This document shows positions 9,517-16,672 of a DNA stretch of 32,000 nt, piece by piece. Each line of letters begins with the position of its first letter. The stretch's first letter is position 1. A program made the translations under genes and the position numbers. The notes beneath the pieces were generated by a model. The model did no database searches. It had not been told where the DNA came from and worked only from the letters and a program-made list of their open reading frames with translations. The stretch lies in the NCBI RefSeq assembly GCF_001457615.1, contig NZ_LN831024.1, positions 2,910,001 through 2,942,000 on the forward strand, written 5' to 3'. This stretch comes from Pseudomonas aeruginosa (GTDB taxonomy: Bacteria > Pseudomonadota > Gammaproteobacteria > Pseudomonadales > Pseudomonadaceae).

Positions 9517-10277
9517 GGCAGACGCTGCGCCAGGGCGCGCTAGGCGTCGCCGGGCTGTTGACGCTGTTCGCCCTGTGGTGGCTCGGCGTGGCCCTGTTCG
9601 GCGCCGCCGACGGCCTTTCGGCACGCTTCTCGCCGCAGGCGACGTTGCTCAGCCTGGGTGAACTGCTGGAACGCCGCGAACTCTACGAGCACGTGCTGGT
9701 GAGCCTGAAACGGGTCCTGCTGGGCTTGTTCCTGGCGCTGCTGGTGGGAGTGCCGCTGGGGCTGCTGGTGGGCGCCTCGCGCAACCTGGAAGCGGCGACC
9801 ACTCCGGCGTTCCAGTTCCTGCGGATGATCTCGCCGCTGTCGTGGATGCCCATCGCGGTGATGCTGATGGGCGTGGGCGACCAGCCGATCTATTTCCTGC
9901 TGGCCTTCGCCGCGCTCTGGCCGATCCTGCTGAATACCGCCGCCGGCGTGCGCCAGCTCGACCCGCGCTGGCTGCAACTGAGCCGCAGCCTCGCCGCCAC
10001 GCCCTGGGAAACCCTGCGCCGGGTGATCCTGCCGGGCATCCTCGGCCATGTGCTGACCGGCGTGCGCCTGGCCATCGGCATCCTCTGGATCGTCCTGGTG
10101 CCCTGCGAGATGCTTGGCGTCAGCGCCGGGCTCGGCTACTACATCCTCGACACCCGCGACCGCCTGGCGTACTCCGAGCTGATGGCGATGGTGCTGCTGA
10201 TCGGCCTGCTCGGCTACCTGCTCGACGCGGCGGCGCGCGGACTCTACCGGCGCTGGGCGCACGGGGCGCTCGGGTAG
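9513..10277 (+). CDS. ABC transporter permease (SsuC/TauC-like)
   Basis: 254-aa multi-pass hydrophobic ORF. The GTG start overlaps the upstream stop (GTGA at 9513-9516). Typical binding-protein-dependent transporter features are present (...LSRSLAATPWETLRRVILPGILG...). Confidence 0.9.
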   Translation: MRQTLRQGALGVAGLLTLFALWWLGVALFGAADGLSARFSPQATLLSLGELLERRELYEHVLVSLKRVLLGLFLALLVGVPLGLLVGASRNLEAATTPAFQFLRMISPLSWMPIAVMLMGVGDQPIYFLLAFAALWPILLNTAAGVRQLDPRWLQLSRSLAATPWETLRRVILPGILGHVLTGVRLAIGILWIVLVPCEMLGVSAGLGYYILDTRDRLAYSELMAMVLLIGLLGYLLDAAARGLYRRWAHGALG

Positions 10278-10328
10278 GGCGAGGTACCGGTGCGCTGGCG
10301 GATAGCGCCGGGGCGCTATTCGCCCTAC
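10274..10328. repeat. REP-type palindromic element
   Basis: Outer inverted repeat GTAGGGCGA (10274-10282) / TCGCCCTAC (10320-10328). Inner inverted repeat ATAGCGCC / GGCGCTAT. The motif family is the same as in the cluster at 19904-20086 (GGCGCTATCCGCC and its complement). Confidence 0.6.
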
Positions 10329-10449
10329 GGGGTTCGGGGCTCGGGTGGGGCGGGCGAATGTGTTGATCCACCAACACTTGCCCAGCAGTTGCGCCCGCAC
10401 AGCGACAGGGGCTTGCCACCCAGGCCTTGTCCGGCGCGGCCCCGCGGCC

Positions 10450-10465
10450 CGGCACGGGCTGTGCA
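10450..10465 (+). promoter_or_regulatory. Candidate sigma54 (-24/-12) promoter for the monooxygenase gene
   Basis: CGGCACGGGCTGTGCA has GG at 10451-52 and GC at 10463-64, exactly 10 nt apart. It carries a GGCAC -24 box and a TGCA -12 box, about 38 nt upstream of the ATG at 10503. It is 15/16 identical to the element at 14558-14574 on the other strand. Confidence 0.5.
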
Positions 10466-10502
10466 CGGGGTGCCGGATGCACAGGCAAGCCAAGGAGTCC
10501 CC

Positions 10503-11912
10503 ATGCCGCGCGAAATCCGTCTCAACGCCTTCGAAATGAACTGTGTCGGCCACCAGTCGCCCGGCCTCTGGGCGCATCCGCGCGACCGCTCCTCGCAGTA
10601 CAAGGACCTGGAGTACTGGACCGACCTGGCGCGGTTGCTCGAACGCGGCCGTTTCGACGGACTGTTCATCGCCGACGTGCTGGGCATCTACGATGTGCTC
10701 GACGGCAATGGCGACGCGGCGATCCGCCAGGCCGCCCAGGTACCGGTGAACGACCCGCTGGCGCTGATCACGCCGATGGCCGCGGTGACTCGCCACCTGG
10801 GCTTCGGCCTGACCGCCTCGCTGTCCTTCGAGCATCCCTATCCCTTCGCCCGCCGACTCTCGACCCTGGACCACCTGACCAAGGGCCGGATCGGCTGGAA
10901 CGTAGTGACCTCCTACCTGGAAAGCGGCGCGCGCAACCTCGGCCAGCAGGCCCAGCTCGACCACGACCGCCGCTACGACTATGCCGACGAATACCTCCAG
11001 GTGCTCTACAAGCTCTTCGAAGGCAGTTGGGAGGACGGCGCGGTGCTCCGCGACCGTCGCCGAAGGATCTTCAGCGACCCGGGCAAGATTCACGAGATCC
11101 GCCATGTCGGCGAGCACTTCCAGGTACCCGGCATCCATCTCTGCGAACCGTCGCCGCAGCGCACGCCGGTGCTCTACCAGGCCGGCGCGTCGAGTCGTGG
11201 CAAGCGCTTCGCCGCCGAGCACGCCGAGTGCGTGTTCGTCGCCGCGCCATCGAAGACCGTGCTCAAGCAGGCGGTCGCCGACATCCGCCAGCGCGTCGCC
11301 GAGGCCGGCCGCGATCCGCGCAAGGTACTGGTGTTCAACCTGCAGACGGTGGTGCTGGGCGAAACCGACGCCAAGGCCAGGGCCAAGTTCGACGAATACC
11401 GCGCCTTCGTCAGCTACGAAGGGGCCCTGGCGCTGATCTCCGGCTGGACCGGGATCGACTTCGGCCAGTATCGGCCGGATCAGGTGCTGCGGCACATCCA
11501 CACCAATGCGATCCAATCGGCGGTGGAAGCGTTTTCCAGCGCCGATCCGACGCGCACCTGGACGGTCCGCGAGCTGGCCGACTGGGTCGGTATCGGCGGC
11601 TTCGGCCCGCTGTTCGTCGGCAGCCCGGCGACCGTCGCCGACCTGTTGCAGGAGTGGGTGGAGGACACCGACGTGGATGGCTTCAACCTGGCCTATGCGC
11701 TGGCCCACGAAACCTTCAGCGACGTGGTCGAATTGCTGGTGCCGGAGTTGCAGAAGCGCGGGGTGTACAAGACCGAATATGCGCCGGGGACTCTGCGCGA
11801 GAAGTTGTTCGGCGACGGCCCGCGGCTGCCGGATTCCCATCCGGCGGCCGGCTATCGCGACCTGCGGGCGCTCTGGGAGAAGGAGGCCGGGCGCAACGCG
11901 CTGCCGGCCTGA
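10503..11912 (+). CDS. FMNH2-dependent monooxygenase, NtaA/SnaA/DszA(SoxA) family
   Basis: The ATG at 10503 follows AAGGAG at 10492-10497. The N-terminus MPREIRLNAFEMNCVGHQSPGLWAHPRDRSSQYKDLEYWTDLARLLERGRFDGLFIADVLG is characteristic of the DszA/NtaA luciferase-like family. The product is 469 aa. The ORF-track version from 10290 is an upstream extension. Confidence 0.9.
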   Translation: MPREIRLNAFEMNCVGHQSPGLWAHPRDRSSQYKDLEYWTDLARLLERGRFDGLFIADVLGIYDVLDGNGDAAIRQAAQVPVNDPLALITPMAAVTRHLGFGLTASLSFEHPYPFARRLSTLDHLTKGRIGWNVVTSYLESGARNLGQQAQLDHDRRYDYADEYLQVLYKLFEGSWEDGAVLRDRRRRIFSDPGKIHEIRHVGEHFQVPGIHLCEPSPQRTPVLYQAGASSRGKRFAAEHAECVFVAAPSKTVLKQAVADIRQRVAEAGRDPRKVLVFNLQTVVLGETDAKARAKFDEYRAFVSYEGALALISGWTGIDFGQYRPDQVLRHIHTNAIQSAVEAFSSADPTRTWTVRELADWVGIGGFGPLFVGSPATVADLLQEWVEDTDVDGFNLAYALAHETFSDVVELLVPELQKRGVYKTEYAPGTLREKLFGDGPRLPDSHPAAGYRDLRALWEKEAGRNALPA

Positions 11913-11958
11913 CCTGGGCGGACGGCGGGATGACGCCGGTGGCGATATCCGCCCCAGG
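11913..11958. other. Imperfect nested hairpin between convergent genes (possible bidirectional transcription stop, no U-tract)
   Basis: CCTGGGCGGA (11913-11922) pairs with TCCGCCCCAGG (11948-11958) with one bulge. An inner CGGCG/CGCCG stem is also present. The element lies between the stop at 11912 (plus strand) and the stop at 11973 (minus strand). Confidence 0.3.
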
Positions 11959-11972
11959 GCCCGGGACGGCTC

Positions 11973-13208
11973 CTAGAGCCAGGCGTGCCGCGGTGGCTTC
12001 ACCCCATTCAACTGGTAGTTGCCGATGGCATGGTATTTCCAGCGCACCGGGTCATGCAGGGTGTGGGTGCGGGCGTTGCGCCAGTGGCGGTCGAGATTGA
12101 GTTCCTCCAGGGTCGAGCGCGTGCCGGCCAGTTCGAACAGCCGGTTGGCGGCGAGCAGGGCGGCTTCGGTGGTGAGCACCTTGGCCTCGGCCACGGCGAT
12201 CGAGGCGGCGGCCACGCTCTCCTCGTCGGGGGCGGCGAGCGCCGCTTCGATGGCGTCGCCCGCCAGGTCGAGCACGGCTTCCGCGGCGCGCACGCGGATG
12301 CGCAGGTCGCCGACCTGCTGGATGGTGTAGGGGTCTTCCCAGGCATGCTGCTGGTTGGCGTCTATCCATGGCCGCGCGTGGCGGCGCACCTGCTGCACGG
12401 TCTCGGCGAGGATGCCACGGGCGATGCCGGCGTCGATGGCGGCCTGGATGAACTGCGATACGGCGCCGGCGGCGGTGGGGCGGTCGAAGGCGCGGTGCAC
12501 CGGGATGACGTGCTCGGCCGGCACCCGCACGTTGTCCAGGATGACGGTGCCGCTGGCGGTGGTGCGCTGGCCGAAGCCGGACCAGTCGTCGATCACCGTC
12601 AGCCCCGGCGCGTCGCGCGGGATGAACGCCAGGTGCGCGCGCTGCTCGGCGTCGAGGCCGACGGCCGGTACCCAGTGGGCGAGCAGGGCGCCGCTCGAAT
12701 AGAACTTGCGGCCGTCGATGCGGAACCCGTCGCCATCCGCCAGGACTCGTGTCTGGAATTCGGCGACGGTACGGCTGTGGCGTTCGGAGAAGGCGTTGCC
12801 GAAGCGCACGCCGTCTAGCACCAGGCCGTAGAAGAAGCGTTTCTGCTCCTCGCTGCCGTCCAGGCGCAAATGGTCGAGCACCGCCAGGTGGTTCTGCGGC
12901 AACTGCGCCAGGGACGGGTCTACCGCGGCGATGGTCTTCAGTACTTCGGCCAGGGTCCGGTAGCCGACCTCGGCGCCGCCGTAGGCGCGCGGTACGCTGA
13001 TGCCCCATAGGCCGCTCTGCGAGAAGGCTTCCAGTTCGGCCACCGGCAGCCGGCGCTGGCGGTCGCGCAGCGAGGCTTCCTCGGCGAACAGCCCGGCCAG
13101 TTCGCGGGCGACGCGGATCGCCTCGGCGTCGTCGGCGATGCGCCGGGCCGGGGTCCGTGGCAGCGGTTGCCGATAGGGATCGGCGGCGTTCTTTTCCAGT
13201 GCGCTCAT
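11973..13208 (-). CDS. SfnB-family sulfur-acquisition oxidoreductase (acyl-CoA-dehydrogenase fold, DszC-like)
   Basis: 411-aa ORF. It contains ...IDDWSGFGQRTTASGTVILDNVRVP... and a C-terminal ...LNLDRHWRNARTHTLHDPVRWKYHAIGNYQLNG, typical of the SfnB/DszC-type group. It contains only Met1 and no Cys. Confidence 0.9.
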   Translation of the reverse strand: MSALEKNAADPYRQPLPRTPARRIADDAEAIRVARELAGLFAEEASLRDRQRRLPVAELEAFSQSGLWGISVPRAYGGAEVGYRTLAEVLKTIAAVDPSLAQLPQNHLAVLDHLRLDGSEEQKRFFYGLVLDGVRFGNAFSERHSRTVAEFQTRVLADGDGFRIDGRKFYSSGALLAHWVPAVGLDAEQRAHLAFIPRDAPGLTVIDDWSGFGQRTTASGTVILDNVRVPAEHVIPVHRAFDRPTAAGAVSQFIQAAIDAGIARGILAETVQQVRRHARPWIDANQQHAWEDPYTIQQVGDLRIRVRAAEAVLDLAGDAIEAALAAPDEESVAAASIAVAEAKVLTTEAALLAANRLFELAGTRSTLEELNLDRHWRNARTHTLHDPVRWKYHAIGNYQLNGVKPPRHAWL

Positions 13209-13238
13209 GGCAACTCCTTGCGATGGGATGGGCGAGGT

Positions 13239-14498
13239 TCAGCGGGACGCCGTGGCCGGACCGCTGCCGATCTGCCAGACGTAGGGCGGCTCGCTGCCGT
13301 TGATCTCCCAGTCGCCGACGATCCGTTGCTTGTAGATCAGGGGATTGTGCGAGGCGGCGGTGCGCGCATTGCGCCAGTGGCGGTCGAGCTGCTTGCCGCG
13401 GCCGACGGCGGAAGCGCCGCTGGCGTCGAACAGCTCGCTGGTGGCCTGCAACACCAGTTCGGCGACGATCGCCTGGGCCTTGGCCGATTCGATCTCGGCG
13501 GCGATATTGGCCTCCTTCTCCGCCTGCGGGTCGCCTACGAAGCGCGCCAGGTAGGCGCGCTGGGCCGCTTCGGCGGCGCGCAGGGTGGCCGCCTCGGCGG
13601 CGTAGACGCGCGCGGCGATGCGCCCGACCACCTGCTGCACCTGGGGATCCTGGCTGACTCGCGGGGCATTGCCGTGGCTGTAGATACGGGTCCGCCCGCG
13701 CACCTCGGCGGCGACGTCGCGCAAGGCGGCGCGGCCGGTGCCGGCCAGCACCGCGAGCAGGACCAACTGGTAGAACGCGGTCTGGTACTTGAAGCGGCTG
13801 GCGAAGTCGATGAGGTTCTCTTCCTCCACCTCGGCGTCCTCGAACAGCGACGTGCCGCTGCCGGTGGTGCGCTGGCCGAAGCCGTCCCAGTCGTCGCTCT
13901 GGCGCACGCCGGGCTGGTCGGTGCGGATCGCCGCGATCACGTCGGCGCCGGTGTCGTCGCGCTGGGCATACAGATCGATCCAGTCGGAGAAGAGGCTGCC
14001 GGTGCTGTAGTACTTGCTGCCGTTCACCACCCAGCGACCGTCGTCCTTGCGCGAGACGCGGGTGAGCACTTCGCCCAGCCGTACCGAACCGACCTCGGTC
14101 CAGGCGCAGCCGACCAGGTCGCCCTCGACGAAGCGCCGCAGCCAACGGTCGCGGCCAGGGCCGGGCTCGGCATTGAGACGGTCCTCGACGAAGGCGAAGT
14201 GGCCGCGCAGGGCCTGGGTGATGTTGGAGTCGGCCTCGGCCAGTTCGATCAGCAACTGAACCAACTGCGGCAGCGAGGCGCCGGCGCCGCCGTGCTCGCG
14301 CGGCACGCGCACGGCGCCGAAGCCGGCCTGCTTGAGCCAGGCGATCGCCTCGTGGGGCAGTTCGCGTTGCCGTTCGCGCTCGACGGCGCCTTCGGCGATG
14401 CGCGCGAAGATCGGTCGGAAACGCTGGGCGAGCAGTTCGTAGTCGGCGCCTTCGGAGAGACTGGCGGCGGTGGCTTCGGGATGGACGCGGGCGTTCAT
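13239..14498 (-). CDS. SfnB-family sulfur-acquisition oxidoreductase (paralog of the downstream gene)
   Basis: 419-aa ORF. It carries motifs parallel to its neighbour (SDDWDGFGQRTTGSGTSLFEDAEV; QLDRHWRNARTAASHNPLIYKQRIVGDWEING). GGAG lies 6 nt upstream of the ATG. It contains only Met1 and a single Cys. Confidence 0.9.
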   Translation of the reverse strand: MNARVHPEATAASLSEGADYELLAQRFRPIFARIAEGAVERERQRELPHEAIAWLKQAGFGAVRVPREHGGAGASLPQLVQLLIELAEADSNITQALRGHFAFVEDRLNAEPGPGRDRWLRRFVEGDLVGCAWTEVGSVRLGEVLTRVSRKDDGRWVVNGSKYYSTGSLFSDWIDLYAQRDDTGADVIAAIRTDQPGVRQSDDWDGFGQRTTGSGTSLFEDAEVEEENLIDFASRFKYQTAFYQLVLLAVLAGTGRAALRDVAAEVRGRTRIYSHGNAPRVSQDPQVQQVVGRIAARVYAAEAATLRAAEAAQRAYLARFVGDPQAEKEANIAAEIESAKAQAIVAELVLQATSELFDASGASAVGRGKQLDRHWRNARTAASHNPLIYKQRIVGDWEINGSEPPYVWQIGSGPATASR

Positions 14499-14557
14499 GC
14501 GGACTCCTGGTAGGCAGCGGGGCCGTCCGGTCGACGGCTACCCTGGAGTCCGGGCCG

Positions 14558-14574
14558 TTGCACAGCCTGTGCCG
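14558..14574 (-). promoter_or_regulatory. Candidate sigma54 (-24/-12) promoter for the SfnB gene pair
   Basis: The minus strand reads CGGCACAGGCTGTGCAA. GG and GC are separated by exactly 10 nt. The element lies about 60 nt upstream of the ATG at 14498. Confidence 0.5.
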
Positions 14575-14602
14575 ACCCGCGCAGGCCACTGGTTGCGCGG
14601 GT
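14575..14602. promoter_or_regulatory. 9-bp perfect dyad immediately upstream of the sigma54 element (candidate activator site)
   Basis: ACCCGCGCA (14575-14583), a 10-nt spacer, then TGCGCGGGT (14594-14602). A further GGCAGC/GCTGCC dyad lies at about 14631-14652. Confidence 0.3.
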
Positions 14603-14683
14603 TCGCGCGAGCAGGAGGTGTTGCCGGGGCGGCAGCCTGTTGCGCGGCTGCTGCCTGGCGGACAGTGGGGGAGGTGGCGGCAG

Positions 14684-14708
14684 GTCCCTCTCCCGGCGGG
14701 AGAGGGAC
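14684..14708 (-). terminator. 11-bp perfect stem-loop directly after the aldehyde dehydrogenase stop (no U-tract)
   Basis: GTCCCTCTCCC (14684-14694), a 3-nt loop, then GGGAGAGGGAC (14698-14708). It begins 8 nt downstream of the stop at 14716 on the minus strand. The absence of a T-run makes intrinsic termination uncertain. Confidence 0.35.
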
Positions 14709-14715
14709 AGGCGCT

Positions 14716-16341
14716 TCAGAAGATGTAGTCGGTGGTGAGGAAGTTCGACGCGCGGTTGCGGATGATCTCGCTGACCAGGGTCTTGTTCGCCTCGGTGTCG
14801 CGGGTCGCCACCAGGGTGCGGATGGAGAACACCCGCAGCGCGTCATGGACCGACAGGGTGCCTTCCGCCGAATTCTTCCGGCCGTTGAACGGGTAGCTGT
14901 CCGGGCCGCGCTGGCACTGGGCGTTGACGTTGATCCTGCCGACCTGGTTGGCGAAGGCGTCGACCAGCCGGCCGATCTGCGCCGGGTCGTTGCCGAACAG
15001 GCTCAACTGCTGGCCGTAGTCGGAGCGCAGGACGTAGTCGATCACCTCGTCCAGCTCGCGATAGGGCACCACCGGCACCAGCGGACCGAACTGCTCCTCG
15101 TGGTAGAGGCGCATGTCCGGGCTCACCGGACTCAGCAGAGCGGGGTAGAAGAAACTTTGCCGATGCTCGCCGCCGCCCGCATTGACCACTCGTGCGCCCT
15201 TGGCCAGGGCGTCGTTCAGCAGGCCTTCGAGATAGTCGACCTTGCCCGGCTCCGGCAGCGGCGTCAGCGCCACTCCCGGTTCCCACGGCATGCCCGGCTT
15301 GAGGCTGGCCAGGCGCGCGCTGAACTTGTCGAGGAACGGTCGCAGCACGCTTTCGTGGACGAACAGGATCTTCAGCGCGGTGCAGCGCTGGCCGTTGAAG
15401 GACAGCGCGCCGGTGACCGCCTCGTTCACCGCGTTGTCCAGGTCGACCTGCGGCAGGACGATGCCCGGGTTCTTCGCGTCCAGGCCGAGGGCGGCGCGCA
15501 GGCGGTGCGGGCGGGGGTGCAGCTTCTTCAGGTCGCTGGCGCCGGAATGGGTGCCGATGAAGGCGAACACGTCGACCTTGCCGCTGGCCATCAGCGCCGA
15601 CACGGTTTCCCGGCCGCGCCCGTAGATGACGTTGATCACTCCTGGCGGGAAGCTGTCGCGGAAGGCTTCCAGCAACGGGCGGATCAGCAGCACGCCGAAC
15701 TTGGCCGGCTTGAACACCACCGTATTGCCCATGATCAGCGCCGGGATCAGGGTGGTGAAGGTTTCGTTCAGCGGGTAGTTGTACGGCCCCATGCACAGCG
15801 CCACGCCCAGCGGAACCCGGCGGATCTGGCCGAGGGTGCCCTGTTCCAGTTCGAAACGGCTGGAGCGGCGGTCGAGTTCCTTCAGCGCTTCGATGGTATC
15901 GACGATGTAGTCGCAGGTGCGGTCGAACTCTTTCTCGGAGTCCTTGAGGTTCTTGCCGATTTCCCACATCAGCAGCTTGACCACCGCCTCGCGTTGCTCG
16001 CGCATCCGCGCCAGGAAGCGTTCGACGTGCTGGATGCGCTCGGCCACCCGCAGGTTCGGCCACAGGCCCTGGCCGTGGTCGTAGGCCCGCACCGCGGCGT
16101 CGAGCGCGGCGAGCGCGGCGTCGGCGTCGAGCAGCGGGGTGCTGCCGAGGATCACCTGGCGCTCGCCGTCGGCCTCGGCGAGGAATACCGGGCTGCGTAC
16201 CGGCGCCAGCGGGCCGTCCCAATATCGCAGTTGGCCGTCGACCAGGTAGTCGCGCTGCTCGATGGGGGCGTCGGGGCGGTACTGCTCGGGAATGGCGTCG
16301 AGGCTGGGAAACAGCGAATCGAGGTGGAGCGGGGCGGTCAT
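14716..16341 (-). CDS. Aldehyde dehydrogenase family protein, GapN-like (non-phosphorylating glyceraldehyde-3-phosphate dehydrogenase type)
   Basis: 541-aa ORF. ALDH motifs are present: ...IMGNTVVFKPAKFG..., the catalytic-Cys region SFNGQRCTALKILFVHE, and EEQFGPLVPVV. Its position next to the gnt genes matches my recollection of the P. aeruginosa locus annotated as a probable glyceraldehyde-3-phosphate dehydrogenase. Confidence 0.85.
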   Translation of the reverse strand: MTAPLHLDSLFPSLDAIPEQYRPDAPIEQRDYLVDGQLRYWDGPLAPVRSPVFLAEADGERQVILGSTPLLDADAALAALDAAVRAYDHGQGLWPNLRVAERIQHVERFLARMREQREAVVKLLMWEIGKNLKDSEKEFDRTCDYIVDTIEALKELDRRSSRFELEQGTLGQIRRVPLGVALCMGPYNYPLNETFTTLIPALIMGNTVVFKPAKFGVLLIRPLLEAFRDSFPPGVINVIYGRGRETVSALMASGKVDVFAFIGTHSGASDLKKLHPRPHRLRAALGLDAKNPGIVLPQVDLDNAVNEAVTGALSFNGQRCTALKILFVHESVLRPFLDKFSARLASLKPGMPWEPGVALTPLPEPGKVDYLEGLLNDALAKGARVVNAGGGEHRQSFFYPALLSPVSPDMRLYHEEQFGPLVPVVPYRELDEVIDYVLRSDYGQQLSLFGNDPAQIGRLVDAFANQVGRINVNAQCQRGPDSYPFNGRKNSAEGTLSVHDALRVFSIRTLVATRDTEANKTLVSEIIRNRASNFLTTDYIF

Positions 16342-16450
16342 GGCGGGTCCTCGAATGACGTGGATGAAAGGCGTGGGACTGTTGTAGCGCGGTCCGGATC
16401 GAAGGTAAATCGTTTCAGCAGGAAAACCGTCGCGCCCTTGCCGGAAATCA

Positions 16451-16487
16451 GCCTTTGCTCCCGCTTCGTGGGGGCGGGAGCAAAGGC
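16451..16487 (-). terminator. Rho-independent-type terminator after gntP and the small ORF
   Basis: 14-bp perfect stem GCCTTTGCTCCCGC (16451-16464) / GCGGGAGCAAAGGC (16474-16487) with a 9-nt loop. On the minus strand it is followed by TGATTTCC. Confidence 0.6.
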
Positions 16488-16503
16488 ATGGCGCCGGCTG
16501 GCT

Positions 16504-16647
16504 TCAGGCGTCGGCGGTAGGCTCTTCGCGGGGCCGCGCCGGCGGTGGCTCAAGCAGTTCCTGCTGCTCGGCATAGCGCTGGCGGATATCGAAGTCGCGC
16601 GGCCAGCGCGAGGCTTCGTGGTCGGGGCGTTGCATTGGTTCGGTCAT
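16504..16647 (-). CDS. Candidate unannotated 47-aa small protein, co-oriented with and 25 nt downstream of gntP
   Basis: My translation is MTEPMQRPDHEASRWPRDFDIRQRYAEQQELLEPPPARPREEPTADA. GGAG lies 7 nt upstream of the ATG (16647..16645). About 77% of codons end in G/C. The ORF is followed by the strong hairpin at 16451-16487. It is below the size cut-off of the ORF track. Confidence 0.35.
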   Translation of the reverse strand: MTEPMQRPDHEASRWPRDFDIRQRYAEQQELLEPPPARPREEPTADA

Positions 16648-16672
16648 GGCTGAGCTCCGGTCGGGCTGGTGC

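Noticed and set aside
9540-11840. The 766-aa minus-strand ORF opposite the permease and monooxygenase genes. Similar long antisense or off-frame ORFs occur at 5844..7388, 6355..7494, 8101..9078, 14470..16653, 16646..18013, 22840..24102, 24280..25356, 27964..29469, 29129..30412 and 29874..30983.
   Set aside because: All have low-complexity Arg/Ala/Gly/Pro/His composition and no family motifs. Each lies opposite or out of frame to a well-supported gene.
12052-14589. The 845-aa minus-strand ORF spanning both SfnB genes.
   Set aside because: It is an Arg/Pro/Ala-rich off-frame read-through typical of high-GC DNA. The in-frame SfnB translations have recognisable motifs, SDs and separate stops.
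16338-16574. The 78-aa minus ORF in the gntP to gapN-like spacer.
   Set aside because: It crosses the 14-bp-stem terminator, overlaps the start of the aldehyde dehydrogenase gene and has no SD. The separate 47-aa ORF at 16504..16647 is the better candidate.
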